From assembly GCA_039621445.1 (NCBI GenBank), contig CP154954.1:40603572-40667571 (forward strand): a stretch of 64,000 nucleotides of DNA. Reading direction: 5' to 3'. Source of the stretch: Euglena gracilis. Its lineage: Eukaryota. Made by a program: the position numbers and the translations under genes. How positions within the stretch are numbered: position 1 is the stretch's first letter; every line of letters starts with the position of its first letter. Under the pieces are notes generated by a model, which did not search any database, was not told where the DNA came from, and saw nothing but the letters and a program-made list of their open reading frames with translations. Of this stretch, positions 1 to 11,380 are shown one piece after another.

Positions 1-867
1 AGCCCCGTGGCTCCCCGCCTTGTACTGTTTGAGTCAGAATGGTTTTAAACCTAGACTGATGGTATAACTAAGATACGAGGTTCGTGGTACACTTAGCGGT
101 TTGGTGGTTGTGTACCTCGCGGAGCGAATGCATAGGGCCTGAAAAACGGATAGGGAACACAAAGGAAGCGGTTATCCGCTTCCTTTGTACATAATGGACA
201 CAATTTCATTAAAAAGGGGAGAGGCTGGACCGGGTCCAATTCACTTCCCCGGACCCCCGAACGGTGCCCAGCCGTCAGGGGTTCGGTTACGGCTTTTGCT
301 GGACCGGGCAGGCGATCGTACAGTCCAGGCTCCCCAGTCATCTCAATACATAAACATTACTAAGCGTGTGGTGCATGTCACAAACTGCACTTTGTGGTAC
401 AGTTAAACGTTAAACGGTTAACCACATCGCGGATTGAATTCCAACGATGATAAAACCACACAAAAATCATTGATGGAACGTACATGAAGCGGCTTTCCGC
501 TTCGTTTTGAGGAAGTGACCAATGTGCTTAATGTCACTCGCGAGCTTCGTAACTGTTTACCGGTTGAATGTACCACGAACGGAGGAACAACGGAAATGTT
601 AGCATCCACATGAAAGAACGTGGTTACAGTGCTGGATCGAAGCCAAGATTGGTCCACAGCACATCGTTGTACACGCCTCTTAACCTTTGATACACTGCTG
701 AGTTCATCGAGTCCATGAGAAGTCCTCTGCGAACATGACCTTGGCGGAGTTTTTAACAGCAATCCGCTGACAGAAGACACCTGTATATTTAACCGCACAT
801 AAAATGAAGCGGAAAACCGCTTCACCTACGCCCGAAATCGCGATCACGTCTGTTCATACCGAGTACT

Positions 868-1020
868 GTGACCACCAAGTACTACATTAATCAAACCGCA
901 CGCATTCAGGAGGTTTACCTGAACGTGCTCTACGGGCTGCCGCTGGCAATGGCCAGCAAAGGCCGTATGTGGCGGGGACTGCCCACCCCCTCCACGTACT
1001 GTCTGTGGTTCCCTACCAGT
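868..1020 (+). CDS. Probable exon of unknown protein (TTKYYINQTARIQEVYLNVLYGLPLAMASKGRMWRGLPTPSTYCLWFP), possibly an upstream part of the transposase gene
   Basis: GC-rich codon usage like the downstream exons, between AT-rich palindrome-containing segments; splice limits not resolved. Confidence 0.35.
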
Positions 1021-1809
1021 GACAGCCTCCTTTTTTGCTTTTACAAGAGGCAGCGGGAATCCGCTTCAGATGAAGCCAGAAGCGTGGGTAGCGACTGTGA
1101 TCACCCAGGCAGTCGGGTTCATCGGTACAGAGATTGAACGCAGTGTGCTGGAGGATGTTCGCTTTCTGGTGCAAGTACATTGGTCAGCTGGTGAAAGATG
1201 GGACGTCAGTGTATATACCGAGATCAAGATACTACATACGCCCGTGATGTTGCGATGGTGGAGTAGTAACTGTGATCACGGCAGGCAGTCAAGCAAATGT
1301 GGGTAGTGACTGTGATCACCCAGGCAGTTGCACAGAAAATAAACAGCCATTAATTTTAAAATGAGGCAGAATAGGAAGCGTTTTTCCGCTTCAAAGAAAA
1401 ATGGCAGAAAAAATACGTAAATCCAACCCTACGTTTCTGAATCGCGTGGTTTCTAACCGACGTAACATGGCAGTTGTACCACCAACCACATCAATTCAGC
1501 ACAAGTTCCCAGGTACTCCTGTTTTGAGAAGGATTTTACCTGACATCGCGCTCTGGATGCGCCCAATTTGAGAAACTAACGTCCTGTTGCACCCCCCGTT
1601 TATAAATTGAAAGATCCCTGCCAAACAGCACCAAAAATCAACAAACGATGGTTATGAAGCGGAAAAACGCTTCATATGTGAAGTATAGTTTAGTTTAGTT
1701 AGAGAGATGGTTTAAATGGTCTGATAAAATAGTTTTCGTAAGAGGAAGCGGTTATCCGCTTCCTTTAAGTCTAGAGAAATCATTTCCTTCTGGTTGGAAC
1801 AGAGAAAAC

Positions 1810-4511
1810 ATGCCTGTCAGTGCGTCGCCTGTGGAACTGGTCCTGAACATTAGGGGCCTCCGCGCATACTTGCAAAGAGGTCGACCTCGTTCGGGATGGG
1901 ACCTGTTTCACGATGCCTTCGTGGCTCATGATGCAGGTGCCCAAGGCATTGTCTCACTGTGCTGCATGGTGCGGCTGAATAGGCGATCGCGTCGCACAGT
2001 GGAAGTGGTTAGGGAGGCCTTCCTGCGGTCGTCGTCCAACTTTCCACGGTGGCTGGGACAGCTGGCCACAGGGGCGTATGCTGTGTGGCGTACACTGCAT
2101 CGACAGGCCCAACCCGTCGCAGACCCCAGTACAGTGGCCGAGAACACCCCCAGCACGCGGGCGCTGCAACAGCTTCCGAGGGCAATGAGGAGAACGCTGA
2201 GGCACACTGGCATCGTGGGTCGTACGGAGGTGCCGGTTGCAGCCCGGGCAGCGGTGGCGGCGCGGGACATCCTGGCCTCCCTGCGGAACCACCAGGTTGT
2301 CCTCTGGCTGGACAACTTCTGCTGGCTACGCTGGGGAACGGACCCGGCCACCCCAAACCTGAGCCAGAACCTCACGGCTTTTGGAACAGTGCAGGGTATA
2401 CGAATGTGTGTGCATGTTTCAATGAATCACTGGTTAATTCCCGAAGCAGTATACAACAAAAAAGTTAGGTGGATGGTAATGAAGCGGAAAAGCGCTTCAG
2501 CAGTACTCCATAAATTTGCAGGGTTGTTTGCGTCTCCATTACAGGAAGTGAATGCTGGTAACACCCCTACTTTGCACTGATGCCGCTTCCTTCAGCTAGA
2601 GAACCTGATGCAACGACAGGGGACGAGGACACGCTCCGTGACGTTCCCGGTGTCTCCAGGACATCCAGAGCTGAGCGACCTCATCGGCAACCTGGATGTG
2701 GTGGCGTCCTCCTGTTGTACCGCATCGTTGCTGCTGCACCAAGCAGTGGGTCGGATCGGACGGATGCAGCTGTCGGAGACGTCGATCAGAGTACCACTGG
2801 ATGTGGCGCGGACCAACATGCGGTCCTTACAATGGCGGCCGCTCTCGCTGACCGAGCAGGTGGTGTCAGCCAACCTGGACTTGTTGCTGGTGCTGCAGAC
2901 GGCCAGGTCGCTGCAACACCTCACTCGTCGCCAGACGCCGCTGCTGGTGGATGAGAACATCCACTACCGGTGCCTGAGGCTGCTGTACTCTGCGTCGGCA
3001 TCGCGGTACTACGTGTCCCGCTACCTGGCCGAGGTCCCCCTGCTGTACGGCATCTGGCACGCGTACAAACACACGGTGACCATCGTGTACCGGGCGTTCT
3101 TCCCGGTACTGGCCCACCTGGAGGTGTCCCCCGGAGACCAGCACCTGACGTGCAGCCTGCGGAGCCACCGGAAGGTGCTGTACATGGAGAAGCTGTTCGC
3201 CAGCCTTCTGTTGTCCCGCGAGTCCGTCATGTCCCATTCTGAGTCGCGCATAACACATGTGAAGCGTTTTTCCGCTTGCTTTGCCCCACTCGTGACTTTT
3301 CAGGATTTTTCAGGATTACGTGACATGTTATGTGCGATTCAGGTGTCAATTGACGACCAGAATGCAAGACTGGACCCGCTCTGCGGCAACAAGAGCTGAG
3401 CAACAGCAGCAACTCCGTTCGTACCCGTACCAGCTGCTGCAGGGGCTGCGGCACATCCTGGTGTTCTATGCCCCCGCATTGCTGCACCTGGGCCACGAGG
3501 TCCGACAGTGTACCTGGAAGGGGAGACCCGAGGACGAGGTGAAGGGTACAAACCGCTCGGCTGGTGCTGCAGAAGTGCCTCCTGCTGCTGATGCACCTGG
3601 AACAGCTGATGAGTCCCGGAAGGCCGCCTTCGGAGTACCAGCGGACCATCTCCCTGGCCCTGCTGGGGTGGCAGGACTGGATGTCCCGGCTGCCCGGCTG
3701 CGTGTTCGTGGAGGAGGCTGGGGAGGCCATGCTGTCGAGGCTGTCCTCTGCCTGCAAGCGGAACCCCCACGTGACCAGCTTCGAGGGTACGCTGCAGCTG
3801 TTCCTGAACCTCGGCGCCCCCTCCGGCGAGGCCCACCACAGCCGTGGCAGCCTCCGGAAGCAGCTGGTGCAGGAGGTGGCACGTCGTGTTCGTGGCCTCC
3901 TTGGCAGCCCTGGTGACCGTCCATTTCCGAAGCGGGTGGACAGCACCACCGTGCGGTGGCTGGTGGACCCGGAGACCTACCCCACCTGGATGGCACCGGA
4001 ACCTCCACCAACGCGGATGACCACTGAGCAGCTGCTGCCCGTCCTGCGACACTCCCTGCAGACGCTGGTCCGAGGACAGCGCCTCGCTGCAGACGTGGAG
4101 GAGTGGCTCAGGACCAACGTGGGTACTGTTGATCCAGATCTTCTGCAAGAAAGAGAAGAGGCGATGTACCCCTTCCTCGCGCGCAGAAGAGCCAGAGCTG
4201 CCACAGCGGAGCATCCTCTTCAGCGTCCAGATGAAGCGGAAAACCGCTTGCACGACGCGGATGAAGCGGATACCCGCTTCGGTGTCCACTCAACTGAGAT
4301 GGAGGTGGCAGAGGCATCAATCGTGGAGGGTGACCAGGAGGAAGGCAGCAGTCTGTACGAGCCACCGGAGTCCCTCTACGAGCCGCCCGGTGACTTATCG
4401 GACGGCTACGTGTCCGTGGGGGCCTCTGACGGATTGGACTGGCTGGGCTCACTGCAAGGCAGTGATATATCCGATGCTTCGTCCGACGTATCCGTAGCAG
4501 TGGTGTGTTAA
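1810..4511 (+). CDS. Putative DDE transposase with helical insertion (DUF6589/MULE/hAT-like motif order), spliced, one frameshift near 3550
   Basis: Exons ~1810-2390, 2596-~3230 and ~3343-4511. Motifs VVLWLDNF (D 2311), LLVDENI (D 2950), LYGIWHAYK (H 3058) and FVEEAGEAMLSRL (E 3723), then an acidic C-tail. Removing 1 nt in 'ggtacaaaccgct' joins the two frames. Confidence 0.6.
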
Positions 4512-4879
4512 TGCCTCCTGATTGCTGTTTGTGGGAGATATCTGTTGTATATACGGTATTTGGGACACGTTGGGTTCACACGCTGGCTATTACTAACTAA
4601 TACATAGGCAAATATGAGCATACCGGACCATGACCACTACAGACAACAAGAAAATGGATACCTTTTTTAAACATGGTGCTGTTTGCTCCAGGTTGGCAGT
4701 GTAAAATGGAGAGTGTTTTGCAAACAACAAGTAAAATCAAAAAAAATAAACAATTTGACTGTGTTTTATAAGTCTTTTTTGAAAATAAATGATGCAAATC
4801 CATTCATCTCAGCCTCATTTCCAACAGATTAGAGGATTATGTACATATTTTTTGCATTTTTCTTCACAGACCAGTACAC

Positions 4880-7800
4880 ATGCCTCCGAAGAAGCTGGCG
4901 AAGGCAGACACCACGGGACAGTCGATCCCGAAGCTGCTGGAAGACGAGGAGATGTGGCTGCAGAGGGAACAGGGTTAGATTTGTGGTTCTTTTTGGTGAA
5001 TGGACAGGTATCGATTGGACAGTGTGGCAAGATTGCCCTCAGTGGAAAGACTTCTGTTGACATTGATCATTAAAGCTAACGTTCAGATGAATTGACGGGA
5101 AAAAATCACTTTGGTCAACTAATGAAGCGGAAACACGCTTCATTGCCGTGAAATGCATTATTTCTCCCACATAAGAAATATAACTTAACTAACCCTGCAG
5201 TCGGGCAGCTGGTCCTGGACGTTGACCTGAGCCGGGGGCAGGTCCGGCGGCCCCGTCAGGAGCACGTGAACGACCTCATCACCGAGCTGAAGAACAATCC
5301 GCCGCAGGAGCTGGTGCTGACGGTGTGGCCGGAGAGAGGTGTCCACCAGCACCCTTCATATTGTGTTTGTCGTGTCAGGTGGATCAGACCCCCACACTTC
5401 AATTTGGAGGGTTGGACGTAGGTTGTGTGTTTCTCTGTTTCATCATATGGAAATGTTCTTTCATGCTTTGTGTGGGGCAATGGATTCTTTCTGAACTGAC
5501 TTGACCCCTCCTTGCAGCTACCGGCAAGTGGGTGATACTGAGTGGTCAACATCGATACCTGGCCGCGTCGGCCATCGCCGACGCCGCCATCGCCGATGCC
5601 CGGCGGCCGCCAGGCTTCACGGAGAGGTTCCGGTGCAAGGTTGTGAAGGAGTACACCAGCATCATCGAGCGCCAGCAGCTGGCCGGCAGGTTGCAGGCCA
5701 TGGACGGCAACGTCATGGACATGACCCTGGCGGACCGCCTGCACTGGCTGCTGAAGGAGGACACCCACAACCGGGACCTTGCCGAGGCGGAAGGGGTGGC
5801 GTACAACCCCACCAAAACGGAGCTGTTGAGGAACGTGTACAGCAAGACGGGATGCCGGGAGACCGTGGACGGTGCCCTGGTATGTACTGTCTGTCGCCTA
5901 TGGAAGATTATACAACCCATGTTATTTAACGAATGATGGCAGATGGCATACTCAGTTTGTAGTTGGTGGTTTTCTGATGTGTTTTCTAATACAGTAAAAA
6001 TGCACTTGGAAGCGTTTTTCCGCTTCATTATCCTCTATTTCATTTTTTGTCCACCTCAGGGCACGTGGGTCAAAGCCATGGTCCCGGTCACGGAGTGGGT
6101 GCTGCAGATAGGGGACGAGGCTGTGGAGGTGGTGAAGAGGATGGAGACCCGTAGTGGGGACCGGGTCACCGCACACACGTTCAAGTGCCTGGAGGCCTTC
6201 TACCATCCGGACGACTACGCGGAGCTGGCCCAGGTGATGTTGGACGAGAAGTCCAAGCCCACCACCCAACGGCTGGGCCAGGCTCCACATTTTACATTCC
6301 ACATCTGTCGAATGATTGCAAATCACGAAAATAAAGAAAGATTTTTTATCATGCAGAAAGGAAGCGTGTTTCCGCTTCATATATAAACTTATTTGATTTT
6401 TTATGTAAATATGTGTTCACAGTATTCACCCACTCATCCAACACAGAAAGTGGAGTCTGCTACCAAGCAGGAGACTGCGAAGCTGGTGCGCCGGAGGACC
6501 TGGACGTGGCTGCTGCAGCACCCTGAGCTGGATGCCGACGTTCTTCACCCGACCAGAAGTGTGTACTGTTTATGTGTTCTCATTAATCATATGCGTGCAA
6601 GTCTTAGAACTGCTGGCTTTCCCTATCTTTGATAACTGGTTCTTTACAAGGATAATACGCAGTCAGCATCATGAAGCGTTTTTCCGCTTCAGTTTCTTCA
6701 TTTCTCTTCTTTTTGCAGAGGACTTGGTGCAAGTGGCCGCGCTGGAGGCCGCCCTGCAGCCGGAGCACGTGAAGGTGCCGATGACCGGAGTGAAGTGGAG
6801 GTGGTCGCCCGAAGCCCCCTGTGCGGGGACCAACTTCCGATTTGTAAAACCAATTGTCGTTTCGCAGCCTGGAGTGAATGCACCCCCCCAGTGAATGCTC
6901 ACCCCCTCAGATGCTATGTCAGTTGTCCCCCGGCATCGGCCGCCCATCGAGGTGGTACGCCGCGCGCCGCTGTGGGCCGACCCCCGGTACGAGGGCCTCA
7001 GGCAGCGGCTGCTTGGCCCCGTGATGGAGCCCGTCGTCAAGATCGGGGGCGTCTTCGGCACCCTGGACCTGCACGGCATGAGCCTGCCTGGCCGCGGCCT
7101 GTCAACGCCCGGGAAGTCCAAGAAGCCCGAGGAGGAGGTGTCCAGCACCCAGGAGATCTCCACGCCAGGCCGGGCCACGGCCAAGCGGGCTGCCCAGCCT
7201 GAGGCGCCGAAGACCGGCCTCATCCACGTGGTGCCCATGCAGTCCACGGACAACGCCTGGCCGAAGGACCTCCGTCTGCTGGACCTGGCAGCCGTGGTGG
7301 TGGAGGTGGAGCCCCAGCAGTTCGCCGACGAGGACAGCGTGCATACCGAGGTGTTGAGGCTCATGCTGACGGGGGTGCCCATGATCGCCGTCGGGAGGGA
7401 CATCGACCTGCGAGATCTCCAAGCGCGGCTGACGAAGTTGCTGGGCAGTGAGATGACCGTCTTCCGCAAGGACATCGTCCTCTTCATCCCGCAGCCTGGG
7501 CCCGACCCGGAGTGGATCTGGGCGCGAAGGACCCTGTCCGTGCTCACCACCAACAAGAAGACCATGAAGGTGCACTTTATGTTATTATTTTCTTCATTTC
7601 ATGATCAAGCGGAAAAGCGCTTCCTGTTCATGAGAGAAGTTGTTTTCTTTTCTTGTCTATGACAAAGTGAATGCATACATGTACATCGTACATAACAGAA
7701 AAACCTTGTTCCTTCCCGTCGTAGGACCCCGGCCAGATCACCTTGCAGGGGATGCACCAGGTCCCGGATTGCACTTAGCATGCCAGTTAATGTTAAAGAT

Positions 7801-9038
7801 GTTGTCTTCAGTTTTCATCCTTTAAGCATGAAACTTGTGTCCCGGTTGTTTAGGGCAGTGTCACCCAACATCGTTGGTTTTTGTCCATGTCTGATTTGAA
7901 GTGCAATCCGGTGCACCCGACGTTGCCCATCTTGTTCCTGTGGAGGTGGCCTGGTGGTTCCTGCGGCGGCTGGAGGTGGCCACCGCCGAGTGGGTGATGG
8001 TGCTGAGTTCCCGGCCGGTGCTGTCCGCCCAGCTGGCGGTGCGGGCAGGCAGCGCCATCAATCTGCTGTGGGGCGTGCCGGCGCTCCCCTCCGACGACGC
8101 AGAGGCCCAGCAGCGCTGCCTGGAGGACATCGGCCGCGAAGTGAGGGTGGCCGACGGGCTACCGCCGGTGATCTGGGTGCAGGGTGGCACAGGCTTCTGT
8201 CTCTTACTCTCACTGAATTCAATTTCACATGTTTTGACATTTGATGAATGCATAGATCGAAGGTCTCCTCGCTGAATCTGTCTCTTTTTCTGGATTTAAA
8301 GATTGAAGCGGAAAACCGCTTCGAGTTGTTTTGTTTATTTTTTGCTGATTTGTATCTGCAATCCCTTTCCCTTCTGATTCCACAAAAGGCATTTTCATTG
8401 GGTTGCCCTGTGGCCAAGGACGTCCACCTGAAGATCGTCCGCCACGTGGCCCTGAACGTGTCCGGGTACATCCCGGAGGGGACGGAGACGGCCCCCGCAC
8501 CACCGACGGAGGAGGAGCCCCCGTCCAAGCAGGGCGGCCGGGACCCGAAGGAGTCCAAGGCCAAGGAGTCCCAGGACAAGCACAAGGAGAAGGAGACCAA
8601 GGACAAGCCGGACAAGAAGACCAAGGACACGCCCAAGAAGGGCGCCCGGGGGAAGCAGTCCGCCTCCTCGCAGCAGCCGGCCCGGCACTCCTACGAGTCG
8701 TCCCCGGAACCGCCGGAGCGCCCGACACACAGGGAGCGGCCTAATGGTGGATTGTCTGTGATATCTCTTTCCTTATACCATCTGTCCAGTTGGCAGTCAT
8801 TTAACAATTCTGTTTGATGAAGCGTTTTTCCGCTTCCTTATAACTGAATCAGAGCAATTTTCGTAAGATTGGTAGGGAGTATCACGTTTTACTGTGAATT
8901 GATTCCGCTGCGATTCCACTCAATGGCATCGAATCACCGTTATGTGAGTTCCAGGTCTCCCGTTTGCGCCGCTCCCTGCTGCCGAGGAAGCGGTCCGCCC
9001 TGGAGAACATCCAGGAGATGCTGGTGGATGACGAGTGA
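4880..9038 (+). CDS. Multi-exon protein with N-terminal ParB/Sulfiredoxin-like domain, possible degenerate methyltransferase-like fold and Lys-rich tail
   Basis: Phase-consistent exons 4880-4973, 5201-5338, 5518-5879, 6060-6281 (GC donor), 6447-6558, 6719-6820, 6911-7569 and 7725-7760; later exons ~7900-8183, ~8390-8745 and ~8955-9038 are less certain. The spliced product reads RGQVRRPRQEHVNDLITELKNNPPQELVLTVWPERATGKWVILSGQHRYLAA, containing the GxxRxxA motif. Confidence 0.8.
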
Positions 9039-10599
9039 GCGGGCGGCTGCGGCAGCCGCGGTGGCAGCGGGCGGCTGGTGCCGCCAGCGAGGGAGGGACA
9101 AGCGAGACCCAGACCTGGACTGGACCCAGACCCATACCCACACCCACACCCAGTCCCCAACCATGCGCACGCCTTCACCACACTACACCCACCCATTTCG
9201 CCGTGTCTGTCATTTGTGCTTGTCTTTGGCATGGCTGCGGAACTGGGGGCTGTGGGGTTTGTTCCAGTACTGACCTTTGTTTTGAGAATCATAGTTACAA
9301 ATCCGCAACTTGCATGGTTAATGGTGCTTCGGGATACAATGCATCTTCTCAGTACTGTTTCAGGCGGGATTTATATTTGTTGGGTAGTTCAAGTTTCACA
9401 GACCTCATTACTTTCTGCATTCAGTTCGTTTAGTGATGTTGGCAATGGTAGTTTCAGACCAGTACAGTTCACTATGAATTAGGCCATATTTATCTGCCTT
9501 GCTTTGAGGAAGCGGAAACCCGCTTCGCTACTTTCCCGCTTGTTTTTTGCAGGTTTTCACTCCTACCTGCTTACGATGGCCCGGTACCTCAGGCGACGAC
9601 TTTGATTACAGGTGTGTATTGTTCTGTTTGTTACATTTGTATACCATTTCTTCTGGCTGTCAAGTCTTATGCAGTATGTAGTGTGTACTTAATGTCGTTG
9701 ATTACTGCTCAGTGTGTGCCTGTTCATCACGTCCCTCCGGAAATGCTGAACGAATGTTTGTGGGCATTATTATTCGCTGTTTGAATTGCATCTACTTCTA
9801 TCTCAATTATTGCATAATTTTTCTGTTTCCTATTAAAGCGGTTTTCCGCTTCGTTGTCATTTTAAGAAAATTTTATTCAGTTTGTGTTGATATTCCCTTA
9901 GGCAAGTTTGTTCTGGTGTCGATTTTGGTAACCTATGCATGAATTTGAAGCGGAATGTCATTTTTACCGCTTCCTATATTTTGTGTTTATTATTTTCCCC
10001 CCTTTGCAGGGGGGATCATCTTCCTCTGCGTCTGGCGGCAGCCGACATGAGGTGTGTGTTTGCACTTTATTGCTGTCTTTGAATTTTTTGTAGGGTTTTC
10101 GTTCATTTAGGCTGAATTTCAAAATTTAAGTGGCGTTTTAGCTTGTTTTCGGAGTTTTTAAAACTTCGTTACTGCAAGCCAAACATGTAATCAGAAATGG
10201 CCGAAATCGGTACCTCTTTCAAAACCCTAAAAAAAACAGGCCATTTTAGGAAGCGTTTTTCCGCTTCCTTTTCCGCTTCGAGGGGGTTTAAATTTTTGGG
10301 CAGTTTATGCCTCCTAAGGAATGTTTGTGAACCGCTTATGGCAACAAATTTCTTTTGGAAACGTTTTCAATCGGTCCATTGATGGTTTTGGGTACTGCTC
10401 AAATAACGTTGCAGGGGGCAAAGATAATTGGGGGGGTTAATGCAAGGATGGGTTCTCTGGTGGTCGGCCCCCCTGGTGGAGGAAATGGAATGACTTTGAT
10501 GAGCTCGCACCTGACATCGCACTTGTCTGCCTTCTTCACCGGGGAAGCAACCTCATTGATGAAATGTTGCAGTCAAATGCAGCCAGCATTATTTCGTCA

Positions 10600-10800
10600 A
10601 GGCACCTTGAAAAAACCTTTAATTACCTTAAAAATACCTAAAACCTATACCTATACCTTATACCTTAAAAAACCTATACCTCTATCTTATACCTTAAAAA
10701 TCCTATACCTTGTATCTGTATATATATATATATACCTATATATGTGTGTATACACCCCTATATATGTATGTGTGTGTGTGTGTGTATACCTTATACCTGT
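10600..10800. repeat. Low-complexity TACCTTAAAA/CCTATA repeats plus (TA)n/(TG)n microsatellite
   Basis: Directly visible repeat units. Confidence 0.8.
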
Positions 10801-11380
10801 AACTGAAAATTTTTGGCCAAAATGCCTTTCTGACATCGCTGGAACATTGCCTATCCACCCAAACTCAAGAAATGAGTTCTTTGACTTTTTTATGTTGGAC
10901 CCCATTCGATAACCGGATGGCCCTTGGGCCGCCTTTGGAAAATTGAAAGCTCAAAAAACTTAAAATACCTTAAAACATTTTGAAAAAAAACTTAAATTAA
11001 ATTATTTTTAACTCAATTAAAAAAATTAAATATCTCTGAGAATTTTTGACTGAAATTAATGCCTGAATACAGGCTCTGATGCGGGGGGGGTTTAGACCCC
11101 CACCCACCCACCCCCTGGGGAGGGAGGCCGGGGGCAGGCTTTTGCTTAAGGACCCCCGGGGGGGGGGTACTGGCTAGCCAATCGGCTAGACACTGGAAAA
11201 AGTGGACTAGCTAGACCCCCCTCCCCCTGGGGGGGGGGTCCGGGGGTCCCCCGGACTGGAAAAAAAATTTTCCTCCGGCGCTGTGCGCCGGAGGAAAAAT
11301 GAGGTTTTTAACAGGTTTTTGGCTGATTTTGTTCCAAAAATTCTCAAAAATGGCCAAAAACGGGCATTTTTGGCCATTTT

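Larger units (their letters stand above)
165..10267. repeat. Dispersed 18-bp palindrome GAAGCG-N6-CGCTTC (~22 copies)
   Basis: Starts at about 165, 486, 806, 1050*, 1375, 1656, 1745, 2481, 3261*, 4233*, 4263, 5124, 6009, 6361, 6673, 7606*, 8305, 8819, 9509, 9835*, 9947 (long spacer) and 10250 (* = 1 mismatch). The spacer is usually GAAAAA/TTTTTC-like, in both orientations. Confidence 0.95.
1..10277 (+). mobile_element. Large putative DNA transposon (left end outside window) carrying a DDE-like transposase gene, a ParB-domain gene and ~22 dispersed 18-bp palindromes
   Basis: Two co-oriented spliced genes. The GAAGCG-N6-CGCTTC motif occurs throughout and stops abruptly after 10250-10280. The right boundary is approximate, and no TIR or TSD can be verified because the left end is missing. 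Confidence 0.6.

Noticed and set aside
3339-4289. Long antisense ORFs (e.g. 3339-4289, 6669-7565)
   Set aside because: Shadows of GC-rich sense exons with no independent motifs.
6282-6446. Euglenid non-conventional intron
   Set aside because: Explained by a CAG|GC donor with a normal AG acceptor; no terminal base-pairing seen. It cannot be fully excluded without transcripts.
165-10267. GAAGCG..CGCTTC hairpins as rho-independent terminators or splicing signals
   Set aside because: They occur in both orientations and inside a coding exon, have no consistent U-tail, and are missing from some introns (e.g. 5339-5517) and from the phosphatase and pogo introns.
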